Source: Aplysia californica (lineage: Eukaryota). From it: 62,233 nucleotides of DNA. The notes below the pieces were generated by a model. The model did not search any database, had not been told where the DNA came from, and was given only the letters and a program-made list of their open reading frames with translations. The stretch spans positions 490,535 through 552,767 of the forward strand of contig NW_004797560.1 in assembly GCF_000002075.1 (NCBI RefSeq), in the 5' to 3' direction. The stretch's first letter is position 1. Each line of letters starts with the position of its first letter. The position numbers were made by a program, and so were the translations under genes. Shown piece after piece: positions 26,830-41,144 of the stretch.

Positions 26830-28480
26830 CTGTTGCCGTTAAGCGTCGAGGGGAGATGCAGTTTTTTTGGTAGTGCCAGCTCCCGCAGCTCTTTAATTGA
26901 GACTCTTTCAGTTGGGATATTATGTTTTCTCAGGGTTTCTTTGGCATCCTCGATCCACCTTTTGCGTGGCCTTCCTCTTCCTAGCCTGAGTGCTTGGTGG
27001 GCTCTCGGGGCTGGCTGGCTGGCCAGGTGGCATACCTACCAGCTAACAAGTGGCCAAATGATTTTACTGTCTTTCTATGTAATGCAGGCAAGACAAAATG
27101 CCGACAGCTGCTCTTAGTTCTTCATTTCTCTGCCTGTATCGTCTTGTGATGTAAAGGGTTTTGCGGAGATATTTCATTTCGCATGCGATGATTTTGCTAT
27201 GCGTTTTACTTAATGTCCAGGTCTGGCACTGGTAGTATAATTTTGGTACATGTAATTGAGGAGATAAGCTGTCTCTTTGTGTCCATGGAAATGTTTGGGT
27301 GAGATAGGAGGGGTGCGAGCTGGTAGGTGACAGCGTTGGCTTTCTGAATTAGCATTTCTATTTCTCTGTCCAAGGACCCGTTTTCAGAAAAAATTACTGC
27401 CATTCAAATCAAACTCCTTCACCTGTTTCAGTTGTTTACTATTGGCATGGATGTAGGGACTACGGTTTTGGCTCACTTTCATAACTTCTGATTTTATGGG
27501 CTTATTTTCATGCTAAATTTCTCGCAGCTGTTGTTCATTTCGGTAGGGTGATTTTGGAGGCTTTGTTGGTTTGGATGATGGGACATTGGTCGTCCGCGAA
27601 TAGAAGTTCATTACAAACAGGAGGGGAGATAGAACGCATCCTTGTCGTACTCCAAATCTTACTTTCCTTCGTTCTTCTGAGCTTCTGCTGCTGGCTGGTG
27701 TGTAGAGCTCTGACATTATCTAACATTTTTCCTCTGACGCCATACTTTTTGAGTGTCTTCCAGAGTTGTGCATCGTTTACTCTCAAAAGCATTCTCCTGG
27801 TCAAGAAAGTCGATGTTGGATTCTTTGTTTTCTCGAAGAGGTATATTATATCTATCTGTCTTAATGCGAGTACAGCATCAGTGCATCCTCATCCCTTTTG
27901 GAATCCAAAATTACCTTTGCTCAGATTTCTCTCTACAATCTGGTATCTTTGCGTATACCGGTATTTTCTCTGCGTGACTTAATAAAGAGATGCCTCTGTA
28001 CTCTGTACGTTGTGCACTTCCGTTTATTGCCTTTATTTCACTTTTACCATAATGGGACCACTATACAATGGCTCTTTGCCAATCTTCTGGGCATTCCTTT
28101 GTTCCCAGGCTCTATTGAAAATTCACCTCAGCCACAGAAGCCTACGCCGGTGTTTCCACAAGCTCTAACTAATGGCTTCCACTGCGATGTCATCTGGTCC
28201 TGGGACTTTATTCTTGGGGCTGGTTTTGATGAGCGCCTTTTTGATTTGAGAAATAAGGGTGGATAGCTCTCCATGATGGTTGGAACTTTTCTTGTTGTCC
28301 GTGGCACGCGTCTGAGTTGAGAAGTTCTTGGAAATAATTTTCCCATCTTTTCTTAATAACATGCTTGCTGACATTAGTAATATTACCCTCTTTGTCGTTT
28401 AATATAATGCTTGTTGTTTTTTTTTCTTCTTCTTCTAAAAACTATATTCTCTATTGCTCCTGTCTTCCTGTCTTGCTTTC
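26830..28480 (-). mobile_element. Decayed RTE-like non-LTR retrotransposon (reverse transcriptase fragments)
   Basis: KVPGPDDIAVE, LWKTLKKYGV, GVRQGCVLSPLLF, LLFADD and a 3' GRPRKRWIE motif; many frameshifts. Confidence 0.85.
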
Positions 28481-29691
28481 CTTCTGTTATTCTGCTGATG
28501 AGCTTCTCTTTACTTAAGATCATACAAAGAGCCCCCCCCCCACACACACACGCGCGCGCGCGCGCACGCACACACGTCAAGTACAAAAATAAGCGCAGGC
28601 ATGCAGGTGGTTTGACTTTTGAAGGAGAGTGGTAGATCCTGCTGTAGATTCTACTACATGTAGCCTACTTTGTACTGTCCTCGTGTTGTTTCTCACTGTC
28701 TCTTTTTTTAACTTTTCCCAGCACTGTGAACAGTCATCATGGTGTTGATGTGCTCCTCTTTACTCAAATTAAATAATAAACAAACACACACAAACACACA
28801 CAAACACACACGCAAATTTATACATGCACNNNNNNNNNNNNNNNNNNNNNNNNNNNNNNNNNNNNNNNNNNNNNNNNNNNNNNNNNNNNNNNNNNNNNNN
28901 NNNNNNNNNNNNNNNNNNNNNNNNNNNNNNNNNNNNNNNNNNNNNNNNNNNNNNNNNNNNNNNNNNNNNNNNNNNNNNNNNNNNNNNNNNNNNNNNNNNN
29001 NNNNNNNNNNNNNNNNNNNNNNNNNNNNNNNNNNNNAACCAACATACTACACAATTCACTCTTCAAACGGATTAGTCAGTTGATTTTTGATTTATTTCAC
29101 TGCATTTCTTGACGCTGGACAGCCGATGCTATGGAAGACATGCTTATTAGCCTCACAAGATTACCGGTACCGTTGAAATTAAATACTTAAGTTAAAAATA
29201 CCGCCAGCCTCGCAGCGCCACAGACTTCATGCTCGTCCCAAAGTAGGCGATAAATAGATCTAACGAGGTTTGACTTTGACTCTGTTGGCCCAATAAATTT
29301 TGCATAATGTTATATATATATATCACCCTTGGGAAGAGCATGAAGTTGGTGGAACGCCGGGCTGGAGGTTCATCGGGGTTCCACACAGCCCCTAGCACTA
29401 CAATGTACATTGTAATTGTACCATGATAGCTATGACGTAGATCTATAGCCCCGATTGCCCAACGTCAAGGAACAGTCAATGAGTCATGCTTCTGCGGTGC
29501 ATTATACATGCATGTATAATGTGCGTTTGAGAAGTGTCTTTTCGTTATTGTTGGTGATCAATGATAGGGATTCTGTATGATGAAATAGTACCATTGTAGG
29601 TCTACGTGTATTCACAGCAGAGAGTCTTCGCTCTCTCGAAGGTATGATCTCTTTGTCTTTCTCGTGGGACAAAAGTACTACTATTTATTTA

Positions 29692-29940
29692 TTAACCCTA
29701 TCCGTACTTTATGTTTTACTATCGTATCCATACAACATGGGGGAACTCTGTGCCATCACTTTCCAAAGAGGAAATTTACTCGTTAATCCGATCCGTACAT
29801 TTTGCAAAGCAGTCGGTCAAAATGATTCTTTGAGAAATACTGAAAGCTTTAACGAGATCTTCGTACTAGAAGTATAAAATGTGAAGAATACAACCCCGGA
29901 GGTACACAATGACCCCAAGGCGTACGGATACGGTCAATAG
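29692..29940. mobile_element. piggyBac-like MITE (second copy about 32944-33190)
   Basis: ttaa-ccctatccgtac ... gtacggatacgg inverted ends; right-hand TTAA is degenerate. Confidence 0.4.
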
Positions 29941-30869
29941 ATCTAGGGCATTTTATTCATGCTCTAGAATAACATGCCCAAAGCAATTCTATTGTTAAAT
30001 GTATTATACACTCCAGCACATCTGCAAAACAAAACATTCTTGGTTGCTTGGGAGGCATACAATACAGAGCAAGCATCCAAAGTGTTTCGTTACTAAACTA
30101 AGAAAACTGATAAGATCTTTCACTTCTATTATTGACAACAGTTAAATTGAGACAGGAACAATGAGCCTCTTGTCACCATGATGAAGTGAGGAAATTCGTG
30201 TAAAGTGTTTTTCACAAGCCAAACCGTCGGGCCCCTGATGGGGTCCGAAGCCATGACCTTTCAGTTTGGAGCCCAATAGCCTAACCACTAGACCACAAAC
30301 ACCATTCTTTTGACAAAATACATGAAACAACAACAATAGCAATAATACCATGTAACAGAATCTAAAAATGTGTCAAGTACCGTTTAATAATACAGAAGTG
30401 TATTTTCTATAGAGAGTAATAGGGCGAAAAGTAGAAGATAAACTGTGAGTATAATTTAAAAATTACTTTTATGTAAATTATATTAATGTTTACTTTACTG
30501 ACTAGAAAGTACAAGAGAATAGTTCTTAGAGGTTTTTTAAAGGCATTATAAGGGATTGAAAACAAAACACATTCACACATGATCTGGAATAATGCACATG
30601 ACAAAAAAGCCTGATGTAGAGAAAATAAATACTATAAAAGAATAAATATTATCTACATCGTTAGTGTCTGATTCTAATTCTGTCCTACACATCAGGTCCA
30701 ACACTTTTATTTGAAACTCTGAGTAATAAATACAGTCGACTCCACTCGCTGAGTTGATTTTCGGTTAACTTGAACACTTTCTTGGATCCTAGCACCTCTA
30801 TAAATATTCTTTACAGGTCCCAACGTTTAAGTTGAACTTCCGATGAGTGAATTTTATTTTCGCTCTCCC

Positions 30870-32027
30870 CACAGCATCAACTCATCCTTCTAAAGAGATA
30901 GCACAGGCCACCACTGGGAACATACTCTTGCATACATGTATTGCTGCAACCTTCCTTGAAAAACTGCTACAGGGGGGAGGCAGCGTCACGCCGGATGGGG
31001 ATACCCTTGAAGCGCTATCACAAATTTCCACAGAGCTGCAGAAGCGCAAAGAGGAACTGTCATCATACAGAACAGGCAGACTGTGGCTTCAGTAATGGAC
31101 ATGGTCGAGATTTTTCAGCGTTCCATCAAAGCTGGGAGGACTGGCAACTTTCTTCTCCATCTGCTAGTGTATCTACAGCAGGACATGCTGGAGTTGGAGG
31201 CTTCAGAGCACAATCACAAGTGCTTCCTGCTAGGCTGTATCTACAGCAGATGCTGGAGTTGGAGGAGAGCCAATCACAAGTGTTCCAGCGATTCAAGGAT
31301 GGCCATAACATCATCAGACGTACAGACTGTTACTGGGCTGGTCTGTCGTTGGACTTAGTCATAAAGCAAACACAAATGCGCAGTCTACAGAGTGTTGGCG
31401 GATTGTTCAGGGGCTCGGGCATGGGTGACAGCGAGCGCTCGATTTGGTTGTTGAGCATGCCAGCTTGCGCTCATGTCAATGAATCTATGCAGAAAATGAT
31501 CTAGGAGTGGCTTTTGTGACAAGTGAGCAGCACAAGGAAGTCAGCAAAGCCAGGCAGAAAATGGACCATCAAGACACCAAAACACAGGTCACCTTCTTCC
31601 AGAGACGAATCCATTCAACATGTGTGGCACTTTGAAAAGTCTCTCAAACGGAAGGACTGCAGCAGAATCTGTGAATGTAGACACAGCAAAAGAAGTGGGC
31701 CAAGCTATTCTTGAAAGAATGAATGGACAATCCGTTGCAGACCTGAAACTCAAGAGAAATGATCAAGCTGTCACCCTTGTCATGAAGACGACGGGGCCGG
31801 AAAGAAATGAGTTGATCACCCTCAATTCTGTTCTACTGTTCTAGAGATTGGTCAAGAGAGCACATACCCGCTCTGAAACACTCCATTTAGTCTTCGAATT
31901 TGAGCTGACAAACATACTAACACCGCTCTTTGAGAAATCTGGACCCCCCTCCCGTCCAGCTAGCAAGCCCCCCCCCCACCCCCACCTGTCCAGCTAGCAA
32001 GCATCTCTTGGCTGACTGTGGTCACAC
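30870..32027 (+). pseudogene. Second (probably allelic) copy of the Academ transposase fragment
   Basis: Near-identical to 34150-35380; contains stops and frameshifts. Confidence 0.7.
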
Positions 32028-32187
32028 NNNNNNNNNNNNNNNNNNNNNNNNNNNNNNNNNNNNNNNNNNNNNNNNNNNNNNNNNNNNNNNNNNNNNNNNN
32101 NNNNNNNNNNNNNNNNNNNNNNNNNNNAACAAACACACACAAACACACACGCAAATTTATACATGCACATGATTGTGCCATAGAGAG

Positions 32188-32252
<65 letters not shown>

Positions 32253-34149
32253 CTTAGATGGTCTCATTCAACCAACATACTACACAATTCACTCTTCAAA
32301 CAGATTAGTCAGTTGATTTTTGATTTATTTCACTGCATTTCTTGACGCTGGACAGCCAATGCTATGGAAGACATGCTTATTAGCCTCACAATATTACCGG
32401 TACCTTTTGAAATTAAATACTTAAGTTAAAAATACCGCCAGCCTCGCAGCGCCACAGACTTCATGCTCGTCCCAAAGTAGGCGGTAAATAGATCTAACGA
32501 GGTTTGACTTTGACTCTGTTGGCCCTATAAATTTTGCATAATATAACATTTATTACAGTTAGCCAAACCTCGTTAGATACCACCATCACCCTTGGGAAGA
32601 GCATGAAGTTGGTGGAACGCCGGGCTGGAGGTTCATCGGGGTTCCACACAGCCCCTAGCACTACAATGCACCATGATGGCTATGACGTAGATCTATAGCC
32701 CCGACTGCCCAACGTCAAGGAACAGTCAATGAGTCATGCTTCTGCGGTGCATTATACATGCATGTATAATGTGCGTTTGAGAAGTGTCTTTTCGTTATTG
32801 TTGGTGATCAATGATAGGGATTCTGTATGATGAAATAGTACCATTGTAGATATCTACGTGTATTCAGAGCAGAGAGTCTTCGCTCTCTCGACGGTATGAT
32901 CTCTTTGTCTTTCTCGTGGGACAAAAGTACTACTATTTATTTATTAACCCTATCCGTACTTTATGTTTTACTATCGTATCCATACAACATGGGGGAACTC
33001 TGTGCCATCACTTTCCAAAGAGGAAATTTACTCGTTAATCCGATCCGTACATTTTGCACAGCAGTCGGTCAAAATGATTCTTTGAGAAATACTGAAAGCT
33101 TTAAAGAGATCTTCGTACTAGAAGTATAAAATGTGAAGAATACAACCCCGGAGGTACACAATGACCCCAAGGCGTACGGATACGGCTAATAGAGATCTAG
33201 GGCATTTTATTCATGCTCTAGAATAACATGCCCAAAGCAATTCTATTGTTGTAATGTATTATACACTCCAGCACATCTGCAAAACAAAACATTCTTGGTT
33301 TCTTGGGAGGCATACAATACAGAGCAAGCATCCAAAGTGCTTCGTTACTAAACTAAGAAAACTGATAAGATCTTTCACTTCTATTATTGACAACAGTTAA
33401 ATTGAGACAGGAACAATGAGCCTCTTGTCACCATGATGAAGTGAGGAAATTCGTGTAAAGTGTTTTTCACAAGCCAAACCGTCGGGCCCCTGATGGGATC
33501 CGAAGCCATGACCTTTCAGTTTGGAGCCCAATAGCCTAACCACTAGACCACAAACACCATTCTTTTGACAAAATACATGAAACAACAACAATAGCAATAA
33601 TACCATGTAACAGAATCTAAAAATGTGTCAAGTACCGTTTAATAATACAGAAGTGTATTTTCTATAGAGAGTAATAGGGCGAAAAGTAGAAGATAAACTG
33701 TGAGTATAATTTAAAAATTACTTTTATGTAAATTATATTAATGTTTACTTTACTGACTAGAAAGTACAAGAGAATAGTTCTTAGAGGTTTTTTAAAATGC
33801 ATTATAGGGGATTGAAAACAAAACACATTCACACATGGTCTGGAATAATGCACATGACAAAAAAGCCTGATGTAGAGAAAATAAATACTATAAAAGAATA
33901 AATATTATCTACATCGTTAGTGTCTGATTCTAATTCTGTCCTACACATCAGGTCCAACACTTTTATTTGAAACTCTGACTGAGTAATAAATACAATCGAC
34001 TCCACTCGCTGAGTTGATTTTTGGTTAACTTGAACACTTTCTTGGATCCTAGCACCTCTATAAATATTCTTTACAGGTCCCAACGTTTAAGTTGAACTTC
34101 CGATGAGTGAATTTTATTTTCGCTCTCCCCACAGCATCAACTCATCCTT

Positions 34150-37100
34150 CTAAAAAGATAGCACAGGCCACCACTGGGAACATACTCTTGCATACATGTA
34201 TGGCTGCAGCCTTCCTTGAATAACTGCTACAGGGGGGAGGCAGCGTCACGCCGGATGGGGATACCCTTTTGAAGCGCTATCACAAATTTCCACAGAGCTG
34301 CAGAAGCGCAAAGAGGAACTGTCATCATACAGAACAGGCAGACTGTGGCTTCAGTAATGGACATGGTCGAGATTTTTCAGCGTTCCATCAAAGCTGGGAG
34401 GACTGGCAACTTTCTTCTCCATCTGCAGTGTGTCAAGGAGTAGGACATGTTGCCTTACTTTGCTGCTTCAGGTCACAATAATTACCTGCAGTCTGCTAGG
34501 CTGTATCTACAGCAGATGCTGGAGTTGGAGGAGAGCCAATCACAAGTGTTCCAGCGATTCAAGGATGGCCATAACATCATCAGACGTACAGACTGTTACT
34601 GGGCTGGTCTGTCGTTGGACTTACTCATATATAGAGCAAACACTGATGCGCAGTCTAAAGAGCCTTGGCGGATTGTTCAAGGGCTCGGGCAGGGGTGACA
34701 GCGAGCGCTCGATTTGGTTGTTGAGCTCGCCAGCTTGCGCTCATGTCAATGAATCTATTCAGAAAGTGATAGGAGTGGCCTTTTTGACAAGTGAGCAGCA
34801 CAAGGAAGTCAGCAAAGCCAGGCAGAAAATGGACCATCAAAACACCAAAACACAGGTCACCTTCTTCCAGAGACGAATCCATTCAACATGTGTGGCACTT
34901 TGAGAAGTCTCTCAAACGGAAGGACAACTGCAGCAGAATATGTGAATGTAGACACAGCAAAAGAAGTGGGCCAAGTTATTCTTGACAGAATGAATGGACA
35001 ATCCGTTGCAGACATGAAACTGAAGAGAAATGATCAAGCTGTCACCCTTGTCATGAAGACGACAGGGCCGGAAAGAAATGAGTTGACCACACTCAATTCT
35101 GTTCTAGAGATTGGTCAAGAGAGCACATACCCGCTCTGAAACACTCCATTTAGTCTTCGAATTTTAGCTGACAAACATACCAACATCGCTTTTTGAGAAA
35201 TCTGGANNNNNNNNNNNNNNNNNNNNNNNNNNNNNNNNNNNNNNNNNNNNNNNNNNNNNNNNNNNNNNNNNNNNNNNNNNNNNNNNNNNNNNNNNNNNNN
35301 NNNNNNNNNNNNNNNNNNNNNNNNNNNNNNNNNNNNCCCCCACCTGTCCAGCTAGCAAGCATCTTTTGGCTGACTGTGGTCACTCTCAACACAGGAGAAT
35401 GCCAAGTTGCCAGACGGGGTCAAAGTAGTCCTTGACGGTGGTGCTCTTCTGCATCGTTTGTCTTAGGGCAGAGGAATTAGAAATCTACCAACTAAAACCA
35501 AGTTGTGGGAGCTACGTTGACTACGTCGTTCGAAATTATGGCACACGAGCAAGTGTGGTGTTTGACGGTTAGATCTATGTCAGCGGCCCATCCACCAAGA
35601 ACATCACAAACCTTCGGCGACAAAATGGTCGCAAAACAGCCTGCCATGTCCACTTTGATGGCGAAATGCTCATCTGAGACACGAAAGAGAACTTTCTCTC
35701 TAACCTTGGTAACAAACAGCGCTTATCTACATCCTAGCAGAGTCCTTCATGATGGAAATAGGAATTGAAATATTCCATGCCGATGGTGATGCAGACTGCC
35801 TGATTGTGAAGACAGCTCTCACAAAAACCACAGAACATATTGTTGCTGTTGTTGGGCGAGACACTGACTTACCTGTGCTGCTTTTGTACCACTTCCATCC
35901 ACAAGGGCAGGGGCGGACAGGCCTGTGAGCATTTGAGCAGTGCCCCCTGGGCCGGTGCCGAAGGGACAAAGTGGGCTGGTGCTGAAAGGACGAAATGGGC
36001 CACTTGGTTAAAAAAAAAGGTTTTCAGATTACTGTGTTTATAAGACCAGTATACTCCTATTTCTTCAACGTTTAAAGAAATCTACTTGTAACCTCGGAGA
36101 AAAAAAACGTTTTAAAACGTACGAATTTCTATGTCTGTTTTCTAGATGGATCATGGTCTTTTGTTTGTCGTTGTGTAGAAAAAGAAAACTTCAACGTTTG
36201 TTCGAATATTATGTCAACAATGTCAATTCATATACAGTATTGCTTTTTTCAGCACGGGTAGGCTACTCGTATCATTGTTTGTAGGCCTGAGTTAGTGGTA
36301 ATGGATAAGTCAAACGGCAAAAAAGAAAAAAAGAAAAGAAAAGGAAGTGCGGAGAAGGAACGCCATCGACAGAAAAAGAAACTGTCTGAAAGTTCATCAA
36401 AATGCTGAAATATTTTGTATATGTTCAAAAGCACTGATGCAAATGGACATGAAATCGGTGAAAATGTGTCAGAAGGCAGTATACTGGCACATACAGCTGG
36501 ACCTTCAGCAGTTGAAACAACGGTCTTTGACCAAGTGGACGAAAGTAGTGGATTGGCAGCACAGGAGAAGAAAGGTTGTTGTTTTGGAATCATCATCCAT
36601 AATCCATGACAGAAGACAGATAATCGAGTGGTGCAAAGATGTTTCATTCGTGAAGAAGGTTCTAACAGATGGTGGCTGTCTTACAACAGAGACTCCCATG
36701 CACTTCACTGTTCTCTCTGCTTGGTGTTTTCTGCCACTTCAGACACATCCACATTTCTTGAGGGGACGAAAGCCTGGCGGCATGTACATTCTCGTATTGA
36801 ACAATATGAACGTTCATCTTTGCATCCGCAATGCTCAACAGCATACCTGGTTGATTAAAACAATCAAGCATTTCTCACGTGTTGGCAAAGAACTACTGTG
36901 ATGAAGTCAAGAAACGGCAAGTGATGAATCGAATTGTGGATGTAGTTAAACTCATACTGTCATAGGCAAGAGGGGACTAAGCTACAGAGGAAATACGGAA
37001 GAGGCAGCCTACACTTTGGACAATGCAGAAATTGACCATGGTGTTTTCCTGGAAATTGCTAAGTTGCTACGCAAATATGATTCATGCACAGCTGATCACC

Positions 37101-38604
37101 TCTCTCGCGTAGTCCATGACAGCAAGACAAAAATGAGAAGGCAAACAGTTCGAAAGGAAGAGGCCCATTCGTTACTTGTTTGTCTAAAACTACAGTGAAT
37201 TCTATCATCACGGTTATTCGGGATAAGATCAGTAGTTTCATTTCGGAAGAAATAACAGACATGTTTGCTGTGGAAATTGACACAACACAAGACATAACAA
37301 CTCAAGACCAGTGCTCCATTGTCGTTCGATACGTGGATGAAACTGGCAACATCCAAGAAAGACTGGTGAGCATTGTGAAGTGCAAAGAAATTACCGACAA
37401 AGCCTTTGTGCAGATTGTTTAGGACGTTATGCAAGGGTTGAATCTTGACCTCAAACAATGTGTTGGGAAGGCAACTGATAGTGCAGCAAACATGCAGGGA
37501 CACTATAGAGGTTTCAGTACTCTGCTTTCAAACAAAGCTCCAAAGCAGATCCGTGTTTGGTGCCACGCTCATGTACTGAATCTTGTCGTTTCGGAGGCCA
37601 CAAGTGCTGTAGTGAACAGTGCATTGCTACTTACATTGATGAACGACATTGCAGTGTTCTTCCGGAAGTGTTATCAGCAGATGAACTTCTGAAGGCAGGC
37701 ACTCGACTACTATGAAGCGTTTGGGAACCATTGGTGAGACCAGATGGTGCTCAGAAGATGTTGCCTTCAGGAAGGCGTTTGGTTCTTTCAACAATCTATC
37801 CGAAGCTCTGTTAGTTGAAGTGATCACCAGCCTCAACACTGTACTTGTTGCTGACAACATCCAAGCAGTCATGGCGGACTTCGAAGCTTCTCAAAATGCA
37901 GCAGAAAAGTTTGTTCAATCTGTTCAATGGGTAAATGATGCACTGGAGGAGAGAGGGTCAGACTCATTCGTGGAAGAGTCGCTTCCCTTGAAACGGCGAA
38001 AACGACGCAGGCGAATGGATGATGAATTCTGAACAGACGAAGCTACATCAACAGTTGACCCAATGAACAGAATTGCAAAGCCTTGGAAAACAAGGGAAAT
38101 CGCTGAAGCAGTCAGTTGCAGACCACAATGAGGTGAAAAACGGCGGCATTGACTGTGAATCAGAACTGAACACAAGAAATGTTTCAACAAGTTCTACTGT
38201 TACATGTATCTCATGCAAAGCTTGCCCTCTCTGCTGTTACAAGGTGCTACTCAAGTTGAACCCCTTCACCGATGCTTACAAAGGCATTGAGGTTGCTTTC
38301 AAGCTACTACTAATCCTGCCTGTGTCGCAGGTTGCATGCAAACGGTCGCTTTCTGTCCTGAAGAGAATCAAAACCCCTCTCCGAAGCACAATGACACTAG
38401 AACATCTTGAGGCAACTATACTTATGTCAGTGGAAAAGGAGATCTTGACCAAACTGGACAATGAAGACACCATTGATGCTGTGGCCGCCAAAAGCAAAGA
38501 ACTTCGCAGACATCTACTCTCTTATGCTCCGGGCTGAGTTCTTGTGCTAATGTTGTTTTGATTTGGTTGTACCACATATATGTTGTATATTACAAAGTTG
38601 CTTA

Positions 38605-38663
<59 letters not shown>

Positions 38664-41144
38664 GACAGACAGACATATATTNNNNNNNNNNNNNNNNNNN
38701 NNNNNNNNNNNNNNNNNNNNNNNNNNNNNNNNNNNNNNNNNNNNNNNNNNNNNNNNNNNNNNNNNNNNNNNNNNNNNNNNNNNNNNNNNNNNNNNNNNNN
38801 NNNNNNNNNNNNNNNNNNNNNNNNNNNNNNNNNNNNNNNNNNNNNNNNNNNNNNNNNNNNNNNNNNNNNNNNNNNNNNNNNNNNNNNNNNNNNNNNNNNN
38901 NNNNNNNNNNNNNNNNNNNNNNNNNNNNNNNNNNNNNNNNNNNNNNNNNNNNNNNNNNNNNNNNNNNNNNNNNNNNNNNNNNNNNNNNNNNNNNNNNNNN
39001 NAATCATGCCCATATCCAAACACACACACACACAACTACAATGTGGGTGTTTTCGTCTGTTTCTGTGCTCTAACTAGTAACACACAACAGTATAGAGGCT
39101 TAGAAACACTTGTTGGCTTCGCGTGTTTTACAAGGCCTTAGTGGGCCGGTACAATTTACAATTGACAAATGCCCAGGCCGGTTTTTATGACCCAGTCCGC
39201 CCCTGCACAAGGGTGTAACAACGTGTATTTCGACACAGTTTGGAAAATCTGGGACATTGAAGTTGAAGCAGCACGAGAAAGTCTAGGCCCACATGTCTGC
39301 AAGAACATTCTGTTTGCCCATGCACTTAGAGGCCGCGACACCACTAGCAGCCTCTTCAACGTGGGCAAAAAGCAACCGGTGATGCATCTGAGGGAATCAG
39401 CAGTTTTCTGTCAGATGGCACACGTCTTTCGCAGCGGCACCAAGCGCACCACACAAGAAGATGTCATCGAAGCGGGAGAGAGAGCTCAGGAGGCTTTGTA
39501 TGGTGGAGAAGAAGACGACAGCCTAAACAAGCTGCGCTTCATCGATACAATCGCAAGTTAGTCCACTCCAAAGCAGCAGCAGCGGACCCAAGAAGGTTGC
39601 CACCAACACACTCTGTTGGAAAGTTCCACTCCCTTCGAACTTATTTTCAAGTCCAAATATGGAAACGGCTTGAAAGTGAGAAAGCTAGGCCGCTGTCTGC
39701 AGAAAACTGGGGTTGGGAAGTGACAGATGGCATGCTTCTGTCAGTTTATACTGGCGCTGCTGTTGCCCCTGAACACTTGCTGCACGTTGTCAATTGCAGT
39801 GCAAGACAGACTGTGGAGTAAGTTGTGGGTTTCCACAGCATGGACAGGTATGTACAGCCGCCTGTGGTGATTGTCGTGGGGAAAGCTGTACATTACTAAC
39901 TGCGTCATCAGTGACACAGCTGAGCGCTGCTGATTCGGATGACGGAGACTGAGCTCAAAGGGTGAATGGGCTGTTACAGACAACTTGCACTTTGAGGTCG
40001 GTCGAAGTTTCCAAGTCATTTCCTAAGTGAGGAACACTGCCTTCAGTGCTGAAGTTGGAGCTATCTATGATTTTCCAATTGTATTGTGGAGAGGTGCATG
40101 CCAGTGAATTATCATACTATTTTCATTTGTGGTTAACACTGGGCCGGTTTTGGGTCATTGGCTACTTTCATCATTTGGATCATAAAAGCTACTTTAGTTT
40201 TCTAGTTTGTAAAAGTTAATGCTGGAGTGTGTTTCGGAGGAGACTTTACCCGTTTTGGCTTATGGTGCAAGCCCTTATTCCGGTAATGGTTCAACTGCAC
40301 GGTCCTTATCGAATAACCGATTAAATTCGGAAATAATGGAATACATTCGTATGGCCATAAAACGCGTCGTAAATCAAGTTTTCAAGAAAACACTGCACTC
40401 GGACAACTAACACTACCATAACCCTCAACTAACCGTAATCAGGGGAGCAAAGCCCTCCCCCCCCCCCTCCCCCAACTTTCTGAAACGAATTTATTCAACT
40501 ATTTCCGGTTTATACGATTATTCGATTTATTTGAATCATTGCCTTTATTCGGCTAAAAACATTTTGCCCGTTTACATTTTCCTCGATGTTTGCTTGTGAA
40601 AAGAGTCATGTATTTCCAGTTTAAGAAACACATATAACGAGCTTTAAAGCAACTAGTTCAAGGTCAGAGCATATCTGGCTAAAATATCACCAGCCTATAA
40701 CGTGGGTATTCCACCTACAGTTAGTCCGGACAGGATTTAGACTTCAGCCAGGTTGCAGCCTCGCCCTCGCCGCAGGTAAATCATAACGTGTGATACGAAA
40801 AATACCACCAGTCTTGCCTAAGCCATCCGATCCAACTGCAGTCCCGCCTGCTGCAGACGGCAACGGCTATATATATAGCGAGCTAAATATTTTCATCGTC
40901 AGTCAACGAGGGAGTGACTAGCACTAAATTTGAATAAATGTCAAATTCGGATTCAGCTTATCAAAATTGACGAAATGGCTCGGGGACGACTTGTTTTATT
41001 GCGTTTTTCAAAATCTATACATGTAATTAATGCATCGAATGCATCATTGTGGGGTGGAGGTGTGTTACCCCCGGGGCGGGGCGGTGCTACTGCAACTGGA
41101 GTGTCTTTAGGCCATTCCCAAATGGGGGGACATTTCTCCTTCTA
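34150..41144 (+). mobile_element. Decayed Academ (AcademX-type) DNA transposon, 5'-truncated, interrupted by a hAT
   Basis: Frameshifted fragments: MLPYFAASGHNNYLQSARLYLQQM...IEQTLMRSLK (transposase); DADCLIVKTAL...DTDLPVLLLYHF...ILFAHALRGRDTTSS (XPG/FEN-like nuclease); PPT...HSLRTYFQV...WGW; Cys-rich finger CKTDCGVSCG...CTAACGDCRGESC at about 39795-39890; candidate terminus ...ctccttcta at 41144. Start is approximate. Confidence 0.7.
35908..39205 (+). mobile_element. hAT transposon with decayed ZMYM1-like transposase (about 36300-38537)
   Basis: TIRs caggggcggac (35908) and gtccgcccctg (ending 39205); exact 8-bp TSD cacaaggg at 35900-35907 and 39206-39213; motifs LSYRG, IDTTQDI..DQCSIVVRYV, CHAHVLNL, TRW and dimerisation domain LPVSQVACKRSLSVLKRIKTPLRSTM. 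Confidence 0.93.

Larger units (their letters stand above)
28780..35380. repeat. ~3.3-kb tandem duplication (about 28780-32027 vs 32128-about 35380) across a 100-N gap
   Basis: Colinear near-identical sequence; paired ORFs at 29644/32896 and 30142/33397. Confidence 0.92.

Noticed and set aside
38547-39141. Long ORFs spanning N runs (also near 14811, 28739, 52693)
   Set aside because: Artefacts of assembly gaps and microsatellites
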